The notes under the pieces are model-generated. The model made no database searches. It saw nothing but the letters and a program-made list of their open reading frames with translations, and had not been told where the DNA came from. A stretch of DNA of 64,000 nt from Candidatus Parcubacteria bacterium (GTDB lineage Bacteria; Patescibacteriota; Minisyncoccia; Phycocordibacterales; UBA2100): contig JBEEJY010000019.1 of the NCBI GenBank assembly GCA_041168925.1, forward strand, positions 2,384 through 66,383, written 5' to 3'. Of the stretch, positions 26,487 through 35,310 are shown piece by piece (position 1 is the stretch's first letter; each line of letters starts with the position of its first letter). The position numbers and the translations under genes are program-made.

Positions 26487-26544
26487 ATCAAACGGCCGGG
26501 CTGCAAAGAAGCCCGGCCGGTCGGCAGCCGATCATTACTTGATC
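26487..26544 (-). terminator. Hairpin 3' element shared with 27972-28039
   Basis: atcaaacggccgggc...gcccggccggtc...agccgat...cttgatc. Confidence 0.6.
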
Positions 26545-26991
26545 TTACGCTGCGTTGCTGCGCGCGATGTCGCACTTCATGGAGTGCCGCACTTCGAGCG
26601 CGTCCTCGATATTGACGTGTTCGACGTTGATTCCGCGAGACGCGAAAATCGCAGCCGCAAATCGGATGTCGATGTTGAGCACCACCCACGGCTTGTAGGG
26701 ATGTATTGCAAGCGCGTCGGCCAGCTTCACGGCTCCCTCGCAGATCTCGTCCTCGCCCAACTTCACATGATTCGTGATATACACGAGATCGAGTTCCGGC
26801 CGCTTGCCGATGAACGTCACCGCGTAGTCGAACGATCTCACCGGATTGGCGACGTAGTTCCAGCCCATGTGCCGACCAAGCAGGCCATCCTTCACGGACC
26901 TCTGGAAGTGATCGTAGAAACTCGCAGCAACCCCGATCATCAGCACGTCGGCATACATCGGCACTACTCCGCGAATGGTTCTCACTTGCAT
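26545..26991 (-). CDS. Hypothetical protein, possible degenerate receiver (REC)-like domain
   Basis: GAGGAG SD; pattern DVLMIG..LDLVYIT..EGAVKLADAL..WVVLN. Confidence 0.6.
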   Translation of the reverse strand: MQVRTIRGVVPMYADVLMIGVAASFYDHFQRSVKDGLLGRHMGWNYVANPVRSFDYAVTFIGKRPELDLVYITNHVKLGEDEICEGAVKLADALAIHPYKPWVVLNIDIRFAAAIFASRGINVEHVNIEDALEVRHSMKCDIARSNAA

Positions 26992-27096
26992 CGTCTGCTC
27001 CTCACGGCGGTCAGCCCCGCCTTTGGCAACCGGTAGGACAATACAGCATTCCGAACCATCATTCAAATCAAGCGCCTCGCGTGTTACATTGTTTTT

Positions 27097-27426
27097 ATGC
27101 GGGAGGGTATACAGCCGGTACCGAATACGCCGGAGTACATCGAAGTAATAAAAACAGGGTTTAAAGACGCCGGTAACAAACTTCATTTTGAGTTCAAATT
27201 TGCACACCCCGTCTCTCCGGAGCGCATGAAAGAGATGTGGGGCGATAAAGAAAGCGCGATCCATAATATAATGCTTCACAGGTTGCAGGAGAAGGGATGG
27301 CTCACCGGAAACGGCATGAACGAAACCGTCCCCTTCAGCAATGCCGGGGAGCATAGCGACGACGGAAGAACGTGGACGTTTGAGTGCCAGCGTACCGATG
27401 TCGGGGACGAGGATGACGAGGATTGA
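27097..27426 (+). CDS. Hypothetical protein with acidic tail
   Basis: 109-aa ORF ending at a bidirectional terminator. Confidence 0.6.
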   Translation: MREGIQPVPNTPEYIEVIKTGFKDAGNKLHFEFKFAHPVSPERMKEMWGDKESAIHNIMLHRLQEKGWLTGNGMNETVPFSNAGEHSDDGRTWTFECQRTDVGDEDDED

Positions 27427-27461
27427 GACTTCTCTATTCTATCTTATTATCGGCGCTCTAG

Positions 27462-27490
27462 AAAACGGCCGCGCTTTGCGCGGCCGTTTT
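27462..27490. terminator. Bidirectional terminator
   Basis: aaaacggccgcgc-ttt-gcgcggccgtttt between convergent genes. Confidence 0.8.
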
Positions 27491-27510
27491 GTGTCGAAGT
27501 CGAAAGGTGT

Positions 27511-27822
27511 TTATGAGGCGGCCACGTGAGCCCTCTGCGCTCGCTCGTGTTCGTACGCGGCCGCAGCGGCCTCGGCTTTTCTCTGCTCGCGGCGAAGCTC
27601 ACGGCGCGCCGCGTACTCGTCGATACTCCGCTGGACGGCATCCGGAATCATCGCAAGCAACGTGATAACGATGCCAAACACGGCGGATGAGATCAACACG
27701 ATCGCGAGCGGAGCGGTGAAACTCCACGAGAGCATATGCACCGCCACGAGCGCGCTGTTATCCATCGCGAAGACGACCGCGAATGCTCCGAGAAAGGCAC
27801 CCAAAAGCAAGATAAATACCAT
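27511..27822 (-). CDS. LapA/DUF1049-like membrane protein
   Basis: VVFAMDN..V.V.MLSW....PLAIVL..S..FG followed by a charged coiled tail. Confidence 0.75.
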   Translation of the reverse strand: MVFILLLGAFLGAFAVVFAMDNSALVAVHMLSWSFTAPLAIVLISSAVFGIVITLLAMIPDAVQRSIDEYAARRELRREQRKAEAAAAAYEHERAQRAHVAAS

Positions 27823-27971
27823 ACGTTATGCAATTACCTGATAACCTCACATGTAAAAGACGCTTCACTGTAGCCCTTATTTCATGTTGTAATGATGAAA
27901 ATGTTATCATCAATACACACATGTCTTCCACAACCGAGCAGATTTGTGTATGTGACTTAGAGATCCTCCAA

Positions 27972-28039
27972 ATCAAACGGCCGGGCAATCCACTTCAGTG
28001 GGCCCGGCCGGTCCTTGTCAGTAGCCGATTGGCTTGATC
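27972..28039 (-). terminator. Hairpin 3' element, second copy
   Basis: atcaaacggccgggc...gcccggccggtc...agccgat...cttgatc. Confidence 0.6.
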
Positions 28040-28202
28040 CAAGGAAGATCTCTCGAGAGCATCCCTTCGACATCAATGCCAAGGTAGCTGAGGATCGCTG
28101 TAATGATCACTACGAGAGCAAAGATCAGCGGCAGGATCTGTTGAACTCGTCCCATGAGCCCGGGAGGTCCCGGAAAGCCTGGGAGAAGCATGACGACCTC
28201 CT

Positions 28203-28388
28203 TTACCTAGTGACCAAGCTTGCGCAGGTCATCTCGCTTGATGAGACCTGCCCGGTGCCGAAGAAGATGACAGGGCCGACGCGGCCGCCGCTCATCGCAG
28301 CGCTCGCATAAAGGCCGTAGCCATATCGCACTGCTATGAACGCTACAAGCGCCAGCAGTGCGGAGAGGGCGACTTTTGCGTAGTCCAT
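28203..28388 (-). CDS. Small membrane protein
   Basis: AGGAG SD; N-terminal hydrophobic helix. Confidence 0.55.
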   Translation of the reverse strand: MDYAKVALSALLALVAFIAVRYGYGLYASAAMSGGRVGPVIFFGTGQVSSSEMTCASLVTR

Positions 28389-28401
28389 GGAAGTCTCCTT
28401 T

Positions 28402-28575
28402 TTAGGACATTATCCAGCCCGCCACGAGCGATATGATGCCGCCGTAGAGGCAGACGCATATCAAAAGGGCGAGCAGCGGGGCAGAGGCGATATATCCCCC
28501 TCCATAGGGGATACCGAGGACGCCAAGGGTTAGCCCAAGGACGCCCAGCAGGGTGAGCAGAAGCCATGTGGGCAT
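28402..28575 (-). CDS. Small two-TM membrane protein
   Basis: GGAG SD before MPTWLLL; entirely hydrophobic. Confidence 0.55.
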   Translation of the reverse strand: MPTWLLLTLLGVLGLTLGVLGIPYGGGYIASAPLLALLICVCLYGGIISLVAGWIMS

Positions 28576-28646
28576 GGGGAGAGCTCCGTTGCGGTTGTTC
28601 ACTATTGTAGCCACGGCAAATCTACCCCTTATGCCGGGATTGTCCA

Positions 28647-28880
28647 TCAGCGTGATCCGACCGAGAATGTCTTGGAAGGCGAGCGATGGCCTTTGACGAT
28701 ACGTACGTGTTTGCCAGGCACCTTGCACGCGAGCGCGAGGAGCTCGATAACGCGGGAATTGGCCGCATTGCGCTCCGGCTTCTCGCGCACGGCTATCTCG
28801 AAGCGGTCGTCGGCCACTTTTCGCACGCTCTCTCTGCGGACACCCGTTCTGACTTTCACTTTCACGAGCATATCCGCCAT
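28647..28880 (-). CDS. DUF167/YggU family protein
   Basis: VKVKV..V.E.PE.NAAN...ELLA....V.IVKGHRSPSK. Confidence 0.85.
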   Translation of the reverse strand: MADMLVKVKVRTGVRRESVRKVADDRFEIAVREKPERNAANSRVIELLALACKVPGKHVRIVKGHRSPSKTFSVGSR

Positions 28881-28920
28881 CTTCTCATTTTTTCGACTTT
28901 GTAGTAGGATGTCGCGCAAT

Positions 28921-29979
28921 ATGGCCGGAAAAAAGGGAAATTTGGCGCAGTTCATTCTCGAGCGCAACAAGAAGCAAAGCGCCGAATTTGCCTCGCCTGG
29001 CGCGCAGTTGGCTCGTCGCCTGTATCGTGCCCAGCACCCGAGCGAGATCATCGCGCTCAAGTGCATGGATGGCCGGCTCAACCTCGCGATCATGACCTCG
29101 ACGCCTCCCGGCATCATCAAGCCCTATCGCAATATCGGCGGCAAGTTCGACCTCGGCTGGCCCTATTTCGGCAGGCTCATTCTCGACGACATCGAGTATT
29201 CGGTCTCGAAAGGCAGACCGACCATCGTACTCTCCACGTATCATTTCTCGAAAGGGGATGAGCATCGCGGCTGTGCGGGGCATGGGTACGATACCGAAGC
29301 TGCCCGCAAGGGCGCGATCAGGCTCGCGCAACAATTCATCTCCGCTTTCGGTGGCAACCATGTTGCCGTTTTTTCGATGGTCGTCGGTATCGAGACCGAT
29401 CAAGGCGGGCTCGTTTTTCATGGCGAAGGGAAAGACACGTTCGATGTCGCCCGCCATACGGACGCTTCGGAAGACGGAATTCACAGCCACCTTCGCCACA
29501 TGTTCCCGAAACTTCCCGAGCACATCATAGACGACCTTACTCCGCTCGTCGCGGGTAATCAGAAGTATGTCGAAGCTGTCCGTGCGCAAAGGCGTCCCAT
29601 AGTCGAAATGGAGCATAAAGAACAGATCATCGCGGTCGGCCGCGGTTTCGACTGGCTCCATTTGCCGAATCGCGCGCTCATGATCGGGCCGTACGATCCG
29701 CAGTGGGAAGCGGCAGTCGCGGTGGCGGGCAACATCGTGCTCGGCAACATGAAATCCAAGCGAATTCCGGAAAGGGAAGGCGTACTCCTCCTCATCTCCG
29801 CGCCCTTCCGCTCGGTCGGCGCCGATCAGGGAGTTGCGGCGGAAAAAGTACAATTTCTCGAGCGGGAGGCGCTGCGCGTCTTGGAGGAGCGCGTGCCGAA
29901 TATCGTGAAAAAATTGAAAGTCCTCGCAGGCACCGTCGACCTCAACACCCGCCAATTTCACGTCTTACGACGGTCATAA
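28921..29979 (+). CDS. CsoSCA-like beta-class carbonic anhydrase
   Basis: Zn-ligand motifs KCMDGR and YHFSKGDEHRGCAGH; C-terminal H.E.IIAVGRGFDWLH. Confidence 0.7.
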   Translation: MAGKKGNLAQFILERNKKQSAEFASPGAQLARRLYRAQHPSEIIALKCMDGRLNLAIMTSTPPGIIKPYRNIGGKFDLGWPYFGRLILDDIEYSVSKGRPTIVLSTYHFSKGDEHRGCAGHGYDTEAARKGAIRLAQQFISAFGGNHVAVFSMVVGIETDQGGLVFHGEGKDTFDVARHTDASEDGIHSHLRHMFPKLPEHIIDDLTPLVAGNQKYVEAVRAQRRPIVEMEHKEQIIAVGRGFDWLHLPNRALMIGPYDPQWEAAVAVAGNIVLGNMKSKRIPEREGVLLLISAPFRSVGADQGVAAEKVQFLEREALRVLEERVPNIVKKLKVLAGTVDLNTRQFHVLRRS

Positions 29980-30037
29980 AAAAGAGCGAGCGCGAACCAG
30001 GCGGTTCGCGCTCGAATGTCCGACTGACAGAGCAGGT

Positions 30038-30787
30038 TCAGGCCACCCTGACCTCGCCGGTGATCCCCATGAACGCGTTGATCCGCTTTTCCGTCACCGA
30101 CAGGGCCTCTCGGCACATCTCGGTTTCGGCGAAGCTTGCCCTGATGAAGTGGACGGGCTTCTGCTTCGGGATCCGGTTGAAGTACGCGTCGATCGCATTC
30201 TCTTCGAATTTGACGAACTGGACGCGCCGGATGAACGGAACCGATGCGAGAATGGGTTTCTCGTTCGCCATACGGGACGCGACGTCTTCCGGATTCGCGC
30301 GCGTGATGATGTACTCGGGCGGGCTGAAATGCTTGAAGAACGTCTCCACCAATCCGCCGTGCACCTCGTAGACCTGGTCGATGACGGGCAGGTCGAGCCT
30401 GAATTCGTGCGTCACCGCCGAATGAAGCAGCAGATTGAGTCCGAATCCGTGGAAGACAGCGACGACCTTCACGCCCTTGTTGAGCAGAGGCGCGATGCGC
30501 TCGTTGATGATCTTGCGCATCACGCCGACCATGCCCGCCCAGTCGGTCAAAAGACGCGCGAGCGGATCGGTGTCCCATTCTTCTTGCCACAGCAGCGGAC
30601 AGGAAAGCGCCGGGAGTTCGCGCAAGAGGTCGATGGCGATCACTTCGACGCCGGTCGAGCACGGGTACATGCCCGGAAGATTGTGCATAAGGAACTCGAA
30701 CACATTGTGTCGATACGTGTACCGCTGGCCGCTCACGGCGAGCCCGAGGAACCTCTCGTGGAGTGTGTGTCCGTCAAGTCGCGTCAT
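30038..30787 (-). CDS. Hypothetical protein, possible degenerate thymidylate-kinase fold
   Basis: ERIAPLLNKG..V and P.YIITRANPEDVASRM resemble Tmk, but no GKT P-loop. Confidence 0.6.
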   Translation of the reverse strand: MTRLDGHTLHERFLGLAVSGQRYTYRHNVFEFLMHNLPGMYPCSTGVEVIAIDLLRELPALSCPLLWQEEWDTDPLARLLTDWAGMVGVMRKIINERIAPLLNKGVKVVAVFHGFGLNLLLHSAVTHEFRLDLPVIDQVYEVHGGLVETFFKHFSPPEYIITRANPEDVASRMANEKPILASVPFIRRVQFVKFEENAIDAYFNRIPKQKPVHFIRASFAETEMCREALSVTEKRINAFMGITGEVRVA

Positions 30788-30943
30788 TCGAGACCCCTTT
30801 CTATTAGAGTGGCGCGATCGGAGCATCCTATTCCGAAGCTAAAAAAAGTCAAAAAATCATGACGGGCAATGAAAAGCCCGGCTGTGCTCCCGCCGGGCTC
30901 GTTCCATACTATCGAACATTTGATTGGGCGCGGTTCTGCCAGG

Positions 30944-31102
30944 TCAATCCTGAAGAACCTTGCCGGATCCCGTAACGACCACATGCTGGTCGCCGATCTT
31001 GTGCTCGCCGGCCCCAAGTGCTCGTATATCCCGTACTTCCGGCGAATCCTGGTCGCCAACGTCGACACGCTTGCGAGGCGTTTCTGCCTTGCGGTCGCTC
31101 AT
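30944..31102 (-). CDS. Small hypothetical protein
   Basis: GAGGGAG SD before MSDRK; terminator-like hairpin at ~30872-30900 downstream. Confidence 0.4.
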   Translation of the reverse strand: MSDRKAETPRKRVDVGDQDSPEVRDIRALGAGEHKIGDQHVVVTGSGKVLQD

Positions 31103-31148
31103 CGTCATCTCCCTCATGTGGACGAAGTCCCGATGATATACTCGCCCC

Positions 31149-31973
31149 GTGAGAGAGTCAAAGGGACATATCCCCATCGCGCACTGGAGCCACTCCTCGC
31201 TCATGGCGTACCTGCGCAATCCGCTCGCATGGTACAAGCGCTACGTCGAGAAAATCTACGACACGCCTCACACGCCGTCTTCCATTATCGGGCGCGCGGG
31301 GCACGTGGCCCTGCAGCATTTTTACGGCGGCATCACGAAAGACGGAGCAATCGAGCTCGGCCTCGAGTATCTGCGCGATGTCCCGGATTTTGAAGTCAAA
31401 TTCGGGAAGGCCGCGAGCCGCGCGGCGAAAAGGAAGAAGCGCGTCTCGATGGAGCATGAATATCTGCAAGCAATCTCGTTCTATTTAGAGCGCCCGCCCG
31501 TGCATTCGGTAGTAGGCGTCGAAGTTGCGTCTATAGCAGATGTGCCAGGCTTGCCGCTTCCAATAAAGGCGATATCGGATCTCGTCGTCGAATCGAAAGG
31601 GAATCGCGGCGAGCTCGATATCGTCGATCACAAATTTGTCGATTCTTTCAGCGCGAGCAAAGCGCAAAAGACGCTTTTCGTTCTCCAGGCCATATTCAAC
31701 TACTACACGATACTCGAGATGTACCAGAAGCCGGTTCGGCGGTTCATCGTCTATGAATGCCGCAAGCGCAAGAATTTCGACGGCTCGCCGCAGCTCCGGA
31801 AATACGTCATCGAATATGCGAAGCACAAAGAGGACTTCGTCCTGTTCCGCCGACTGATGAAAGACGCGACCGAGCAGATCGTGCGCACGCGGGTATTCCT
31901 TCCGAACCCGTCGGATATGTTCGAAGGTGAAAACAGTTTCGATATCTACCGCCTCGGCCTTATCGACTCCTGA
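31149..31973 (+). CDS. PD-(D/E)XK nuclease family protein (RecB/AddB-like nuclease domain)
   Basis: WSHSSL..Y.RNP..W, G...H.AL, E...K..SDLV...IVDHK, Q...YY. Confidence 0.8.
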   Translation: MRESKGHIPIAHWSHSSLMAYLRNPLAWYKRYVEKIYDTPHTPSSIIGRAGHVALQHFYGGITKDGAIELGLEYLRDVPDFEVKFGKAASRAAKRKKRVSMEHEYLQAISFYLERPPVHSVVGVEVASIADVPGLPLPIKAISDLVVESKGNRGELDIVDHKFVDSFSASKAQKTLFVLQAIFNYYTILEMYQKPVRRFIVYECRKRKNFDGSPQLRKYVIEYAKHKEDFVLFRRLMKDATEQIVRTRVFLPNPSDMFEGENSFDIYRLGLIDS

Positions 31974-32445
31974 CCTTGAGTTTGGTCTGACGCTTCTTGT
32001 TGATTTTCGGCAGGCGGATCATAAGAATGCCGTGCTTTTCGGATGCTTCGGCGAGGTCGACGTCGATTTCTTCGGGGAGAAGGATGGTGCGCGAGAAAGA
32101 CCCCCAGTAGAGCTCGCGCTGGAAGTAGTCTTCGTCTCCCACTTCACGCTCATCTTCGCGGCTGCCGCTGATCGTGAGCATCTCGCGTGTGAGGGCGATG
32201 TCGATTGATTGAGGCTGCACGCCGGCGACGAGCGCTTTGACGACTATCGCGTCGGCAGTCTGGTAGATATCGACTGCGAGCTCGCCCTGCGCCTCCTCGC
32301 CCTGCCAATCTTCGCCGCGCAGATTGATGTGCGCATGTCGCTCATTGCCTTCGCCTTCGAAAACCGCGGGCACGCCGGAATCATCGAAATCATCCGCAGT
32401 TCCCGTAAGGCGGGCGAAAAATCCCGGTTTCTTGGTCATTGCCAT
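31960..32445 (-). CDS. Hsp20/alpha-crystallin small heat-shock protein
   Basis: VDIYQT, LTISG.R, E.YWGSFSRTILLP, GIL.I.LPK. Confidence 0.93.
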   Translation of the reverse strand: MAMTKKPGFFARLTGTADDFDDSGVPAVFEGEGNERHAHINLRGEDWQGEEAQGELAVDIYQTADAIVVKALVAGVQPQSIDIALTREMLTISGSREDEREVGDEDYFQRELYWGSFSRTILLPEEIDVDLAEASEKHGILMIRLPKINKKRQTKLKVRSR

Positions 32446-33143
32446 AGTTTGCGTTTGACGGTCGGGTGGATGCGCTTTATGTACTCAAGCGCCGCCAAGA
32501 GCACGATAAGCCCGAGCCAGACTAATCCGAAGGTGCGCATGAGGTGCTGCTCGGGTGTATTCAGTATAAGGAAGTTGAAAAGTGAGTGCAAAGCCGCAGC
32601 GAGGATAACTCCCGCGGTGAGGAAGTAGCGTTTTGCGATGCGAGATTTGTAGAAAGAGAGCGCGAGCGCGACGCCGATCACGGAAGAAGAAAGCACGTGC
32701 AGAAGCGTCGCGCCGACGAAGCGCAGATTGCCCGTGAGGAGGGTTTGCATGAGCGTATCGCCCGCGAGCGGAGAAAGGAGGAAGAGAGTATTTTCGGCCG
32801 CCGCGAAGCCGAGTGCCACGGTCACCATGTAGATAACCGGATCGATCGGCTCATCGTCTTCGCGCCGGTGCAGCACCGTGACCCGCGCCATAAAGTACTT
32901 GATGCATTCCTCGAGCACCGACCAGGCGCTGAAGACGAGCGTTTGGGTCGCGAGGTAGGGCTGCACAAGCTTCTCGAGCGGGATGACGACAGCGACCGCG
33001 ACCATGCCGCCCAAGAAAGCGAGCGCGATGAGCCGACGCGGCTCCGGATGCGCGCTGTCTTCGCGCCGCCAAAACCACAACCACGCGAGCGGAGGAAGCA
33101 GTCCTCCGGCTATCGCTGCGGTGACAGGTTCCCATCCGGGCAT
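32436..33143 (-). CDS. prsW: PrsW-family intramembrane protease
   Basis: EP, EECIK, ALGFAAAEN, LH, LHSLFN motifs; multi-TM. Confidence 0.88.
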   Translation of the reverse strand: MPGWEPVTAAIAGGLLPPLAWLWFWRREDSAHPEPRRLIALAFLGGMVAVAVVIPLEKLVQPYLATQTLVFSAWSVLEECIKYFMARVTVLHRREDDEPIDPVIYMVTVALGFAAAENTLFLLSPLAGDTLMQTLLTGNLRFVGATLLHVLSSSVIGVALALSFYKSRIAKRYFLTAGVILAAALHSLFNFLILNTPEQHLMRTFGLVWLGLIVLLAALEYIKRIHPTVKRKLWQ

Positions 33144-33150
33144 TGCTTTA

Positions 33151-35301
33151 TTATACCGCTGGCCAGCGAGCGACCATGATCTGGTCGCTTTCTTTTTTGG
33201 GGAGCTGCTGCCAAACGGCTTCGGTGACGAAGGGCATGAAAGGGTGGAGGAGTTTGAGGCAGATGAGAAGGATCTCGTACAAGGCGGCGGCGCGCGACGA
33301 GCGCGCCGCCGCGTCATCACCTTTCAGTATCGCCTTCGACTCTTCCAGTACCTCCGCAGCGAATCGATCCCACACGAAATGGTAGACCGTATCGGCCGCG
33401 TGATCGAGCCGGAAATTGTCGATGTTGTCGGAAACCTCCTTCGCCACGGCCATTGCTTCTTCAACGAGCTCGTTGTCCCGTTGTGCAAGTTTAACTTCTC
33501 CCACTTCGGGGTGTTCCAGTACGAAACGGGCGATGTTCCATACTTTGTTTGCGAAGTGTTTGTATCCTCGCACGCGATCTTCCGAAAGCTTGATGTCGTT
33601 GCCCGGCGCTGCACCGACGATGAGCGAGAGGCGCGCGGCATCAGCGCTGTATTTTTCGATCATCGTGAGCGGATCGATGATGTTGCCGAGACTCTTGCTC
33701 ATCTTGCGCCCCTGTGCGTCGCGCACCAGGCCGTGAAGATAGACATTTTTGAACGGAACGTCGCCGAGCAGAAATCCGCTCATGAGTATCATGCGCGCAA
33801 CCCAGAAAAATAGAATGTCGTAGCCGGTCTCGAGCACCGAGGTCGGGTGGTAGGATTCCAAGTCCTTTGTTTTGTCGGGCCAGCCGAGCGTCGAGAAGGT
33901 CCACAATCCGGAGGAAAACCACGTATCGAGCGTGTCTGGGTCTTGCTCCCATCCCGCGCCGGGGTCTTCAACGCACGCTTTCGTTTCGTCGCCTTTATAC
34001 CAAACGGGGATGCGATGTCCGAACCATATCTGCCGCGAGATGCACCAGTCGCGCAGGTTGTCTATCCAGTGGTAGTAGATCTTTTCGAATCGCTCCGGCA
34101 TTATCTTGATCCGCCCGCTCTCGACGACGCTTCGCATCCACTCTTTGAGCGTGCGCATCTTCCCGTCCGGGAACCGTACAGATTTGTTGACTGCCACAAA
34201 CCACTGCCGCTTCACCTGCGGCTCGATGATGCCGCCGCCGCGGCTGTTGGTCGCCACGTTGTGCATGTAGTTCTCATCCACCTTCACGACAAGCCCTTTT
34301 TTCTGAAGCTCTTCAACAATTGCCGCGCGCGCTTTCTTGATGTGCCAGCCTCGGAACTCGCCGGCGATATCAAGAAGGATGCCTCGGTCGTCGATGACCG
34401 GCGTAATCTCAAGGCCGTACTTTTGCGCGAGCTCGAAATCATGAGCGTCGTGAGCGGGCGTTATCGTCATGGCACCCGAACCGAAGCTCATATCGACGCC
34501 TTCGTCCTTGATGATAGTCGCGGTGATGGGGCCGTTTATCCATTCGAGTCGGATCTGCTGTCCGTGCTCGTACCGCGCATACCTCTCGTCAGCCGGATGC
34601 ATGATCACCCACTTGTCGCCGAATTTCGTTTCCGGACGTACGGTGCCGATCGTGAACGGGCCGTACTGCAAGTAGTAAAACGGATCTTTTTGCTCGACGT
34701 ATTCGATCTCATCGTCCGAAACGGTCGTTTGCAGCTTCGGGTCCCAATTCACGATCCGGTCGCCGCGGTAGATAAGGCCCGCGTCGTACATGCGCACAAA
34801 CGCCTCCATCACCGCGCCATAGCGTTTCTCGTCCATGGTGTAGGCATAGCGGCTCCAGTCGAGACTGCTGCCCATCTTCTTAGTCTGATTGATTATCGTC
34901 GCCTTGCTTTCCTCGGTAAACTCACTGATGCGGCGCAGAAGCTCGTCGCGACCGAGGTCGTGCCTCGTCTTCTTCTCCTTCTTGTAAATATCGGTCTCGA
35001 CCTTCGCCTGCGTCGCGATAGCCGCCGAGTCGGCACCGGGAAGCCAGAGCGTCTTATACCCGCGCATGCGGTGGTAGCGGATCAAAATATCCTCGATCGC
35101 GAGCATCGCCGCGTGTCCCATGTGAAGGGTGCCGGTTACATTCGGCGGAGGCAACACTATCGAATACGCACCCTTGTCGGCGTGAGGAAGGTTGTCGGGA
35201 TTCGTGTAGCCACTGCGCTCCCAAAGCTCTAGCATCTTGGGCTCTTGCGCCGCGGGATCGTAGGGTTTGAGGAAGATTTCAGGCGCTTTTGAGGGCTCCA
35301 T
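33151..35301 (-). CDS. valS: Valyl-tRNA synthetase (short, no C-terminal coiled coil)
   Basis: PPPNVTGTLHMGH, DWCISRQIWFGH, DTWFSS, KMSKS. Confidence 0.96.
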   Translation of the reverse strand: MEPSKAPEIFLKPYDPAAQEPKMLELWERSGYTNPDNLPHADKGAYSIVLPPPNVTGTLHMGHAAMLAIEDILIRYHRMRGYKTLWLPGADSAAIATQAKVETDIYKKEKKTRHDLGRDELLRRISEFTEESKATIINQTKKMGSSLDWSRYAYTMDEKRYGAVMEAFVRMYDAGLIYRGDRIVNWDPKLQTTVSDDEIEYVEQKDPFYYLQYGPFTIGTVRPETKFGDKWVIMHPADERYARYEHGQQIRLEWINGPITATIIKDEGVDMSFGSGAMTITPAHDAHDFELAQKYGLEITPVIDDRGILLDIAGEFRGWHIKKARAAIVEELQKKGLVVKVDENYMHNVATNSRGGGIIEPQVKRQWFVAVNKSVRFPDGKMRTLKEWMRSVVESGRIKIMPERFEKIYYHWIDNLRDWCISRQIWFGHRIPVWYKGDETKACVEDPGAGWEQDPDTLDTWFSSGLWTFSTLGWPDKTKDLESYHPTSVLETGYDILFFWVARMILMSGFLLGDVPFKNVYLHGLVRDAQGRKMSKSLGNIIDPLTMIEKYSADAARLSLIVGAAPGNDIKLSEDRVRGYKHFANKVWNIARFVLEHPEVGEVKLAQRDNELVEEAMAVAKEVSDNIDNFRLDHAADTVYHFVWDRFAAEVLEESKAILKGDDAAARSSRAAALYEILLICLKLLHPFMPFVTEAVWQQLPKKESDQIMVARWPAV

Positions 35302-35310
35302 TGCGCTACT

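Noticed and set aside
31149-31973. Cas4 call for the PD-(D/E)XK nuclease
   Set aside because: It lacks the four-Cys Fe-S cluster ligands and has no cas context.
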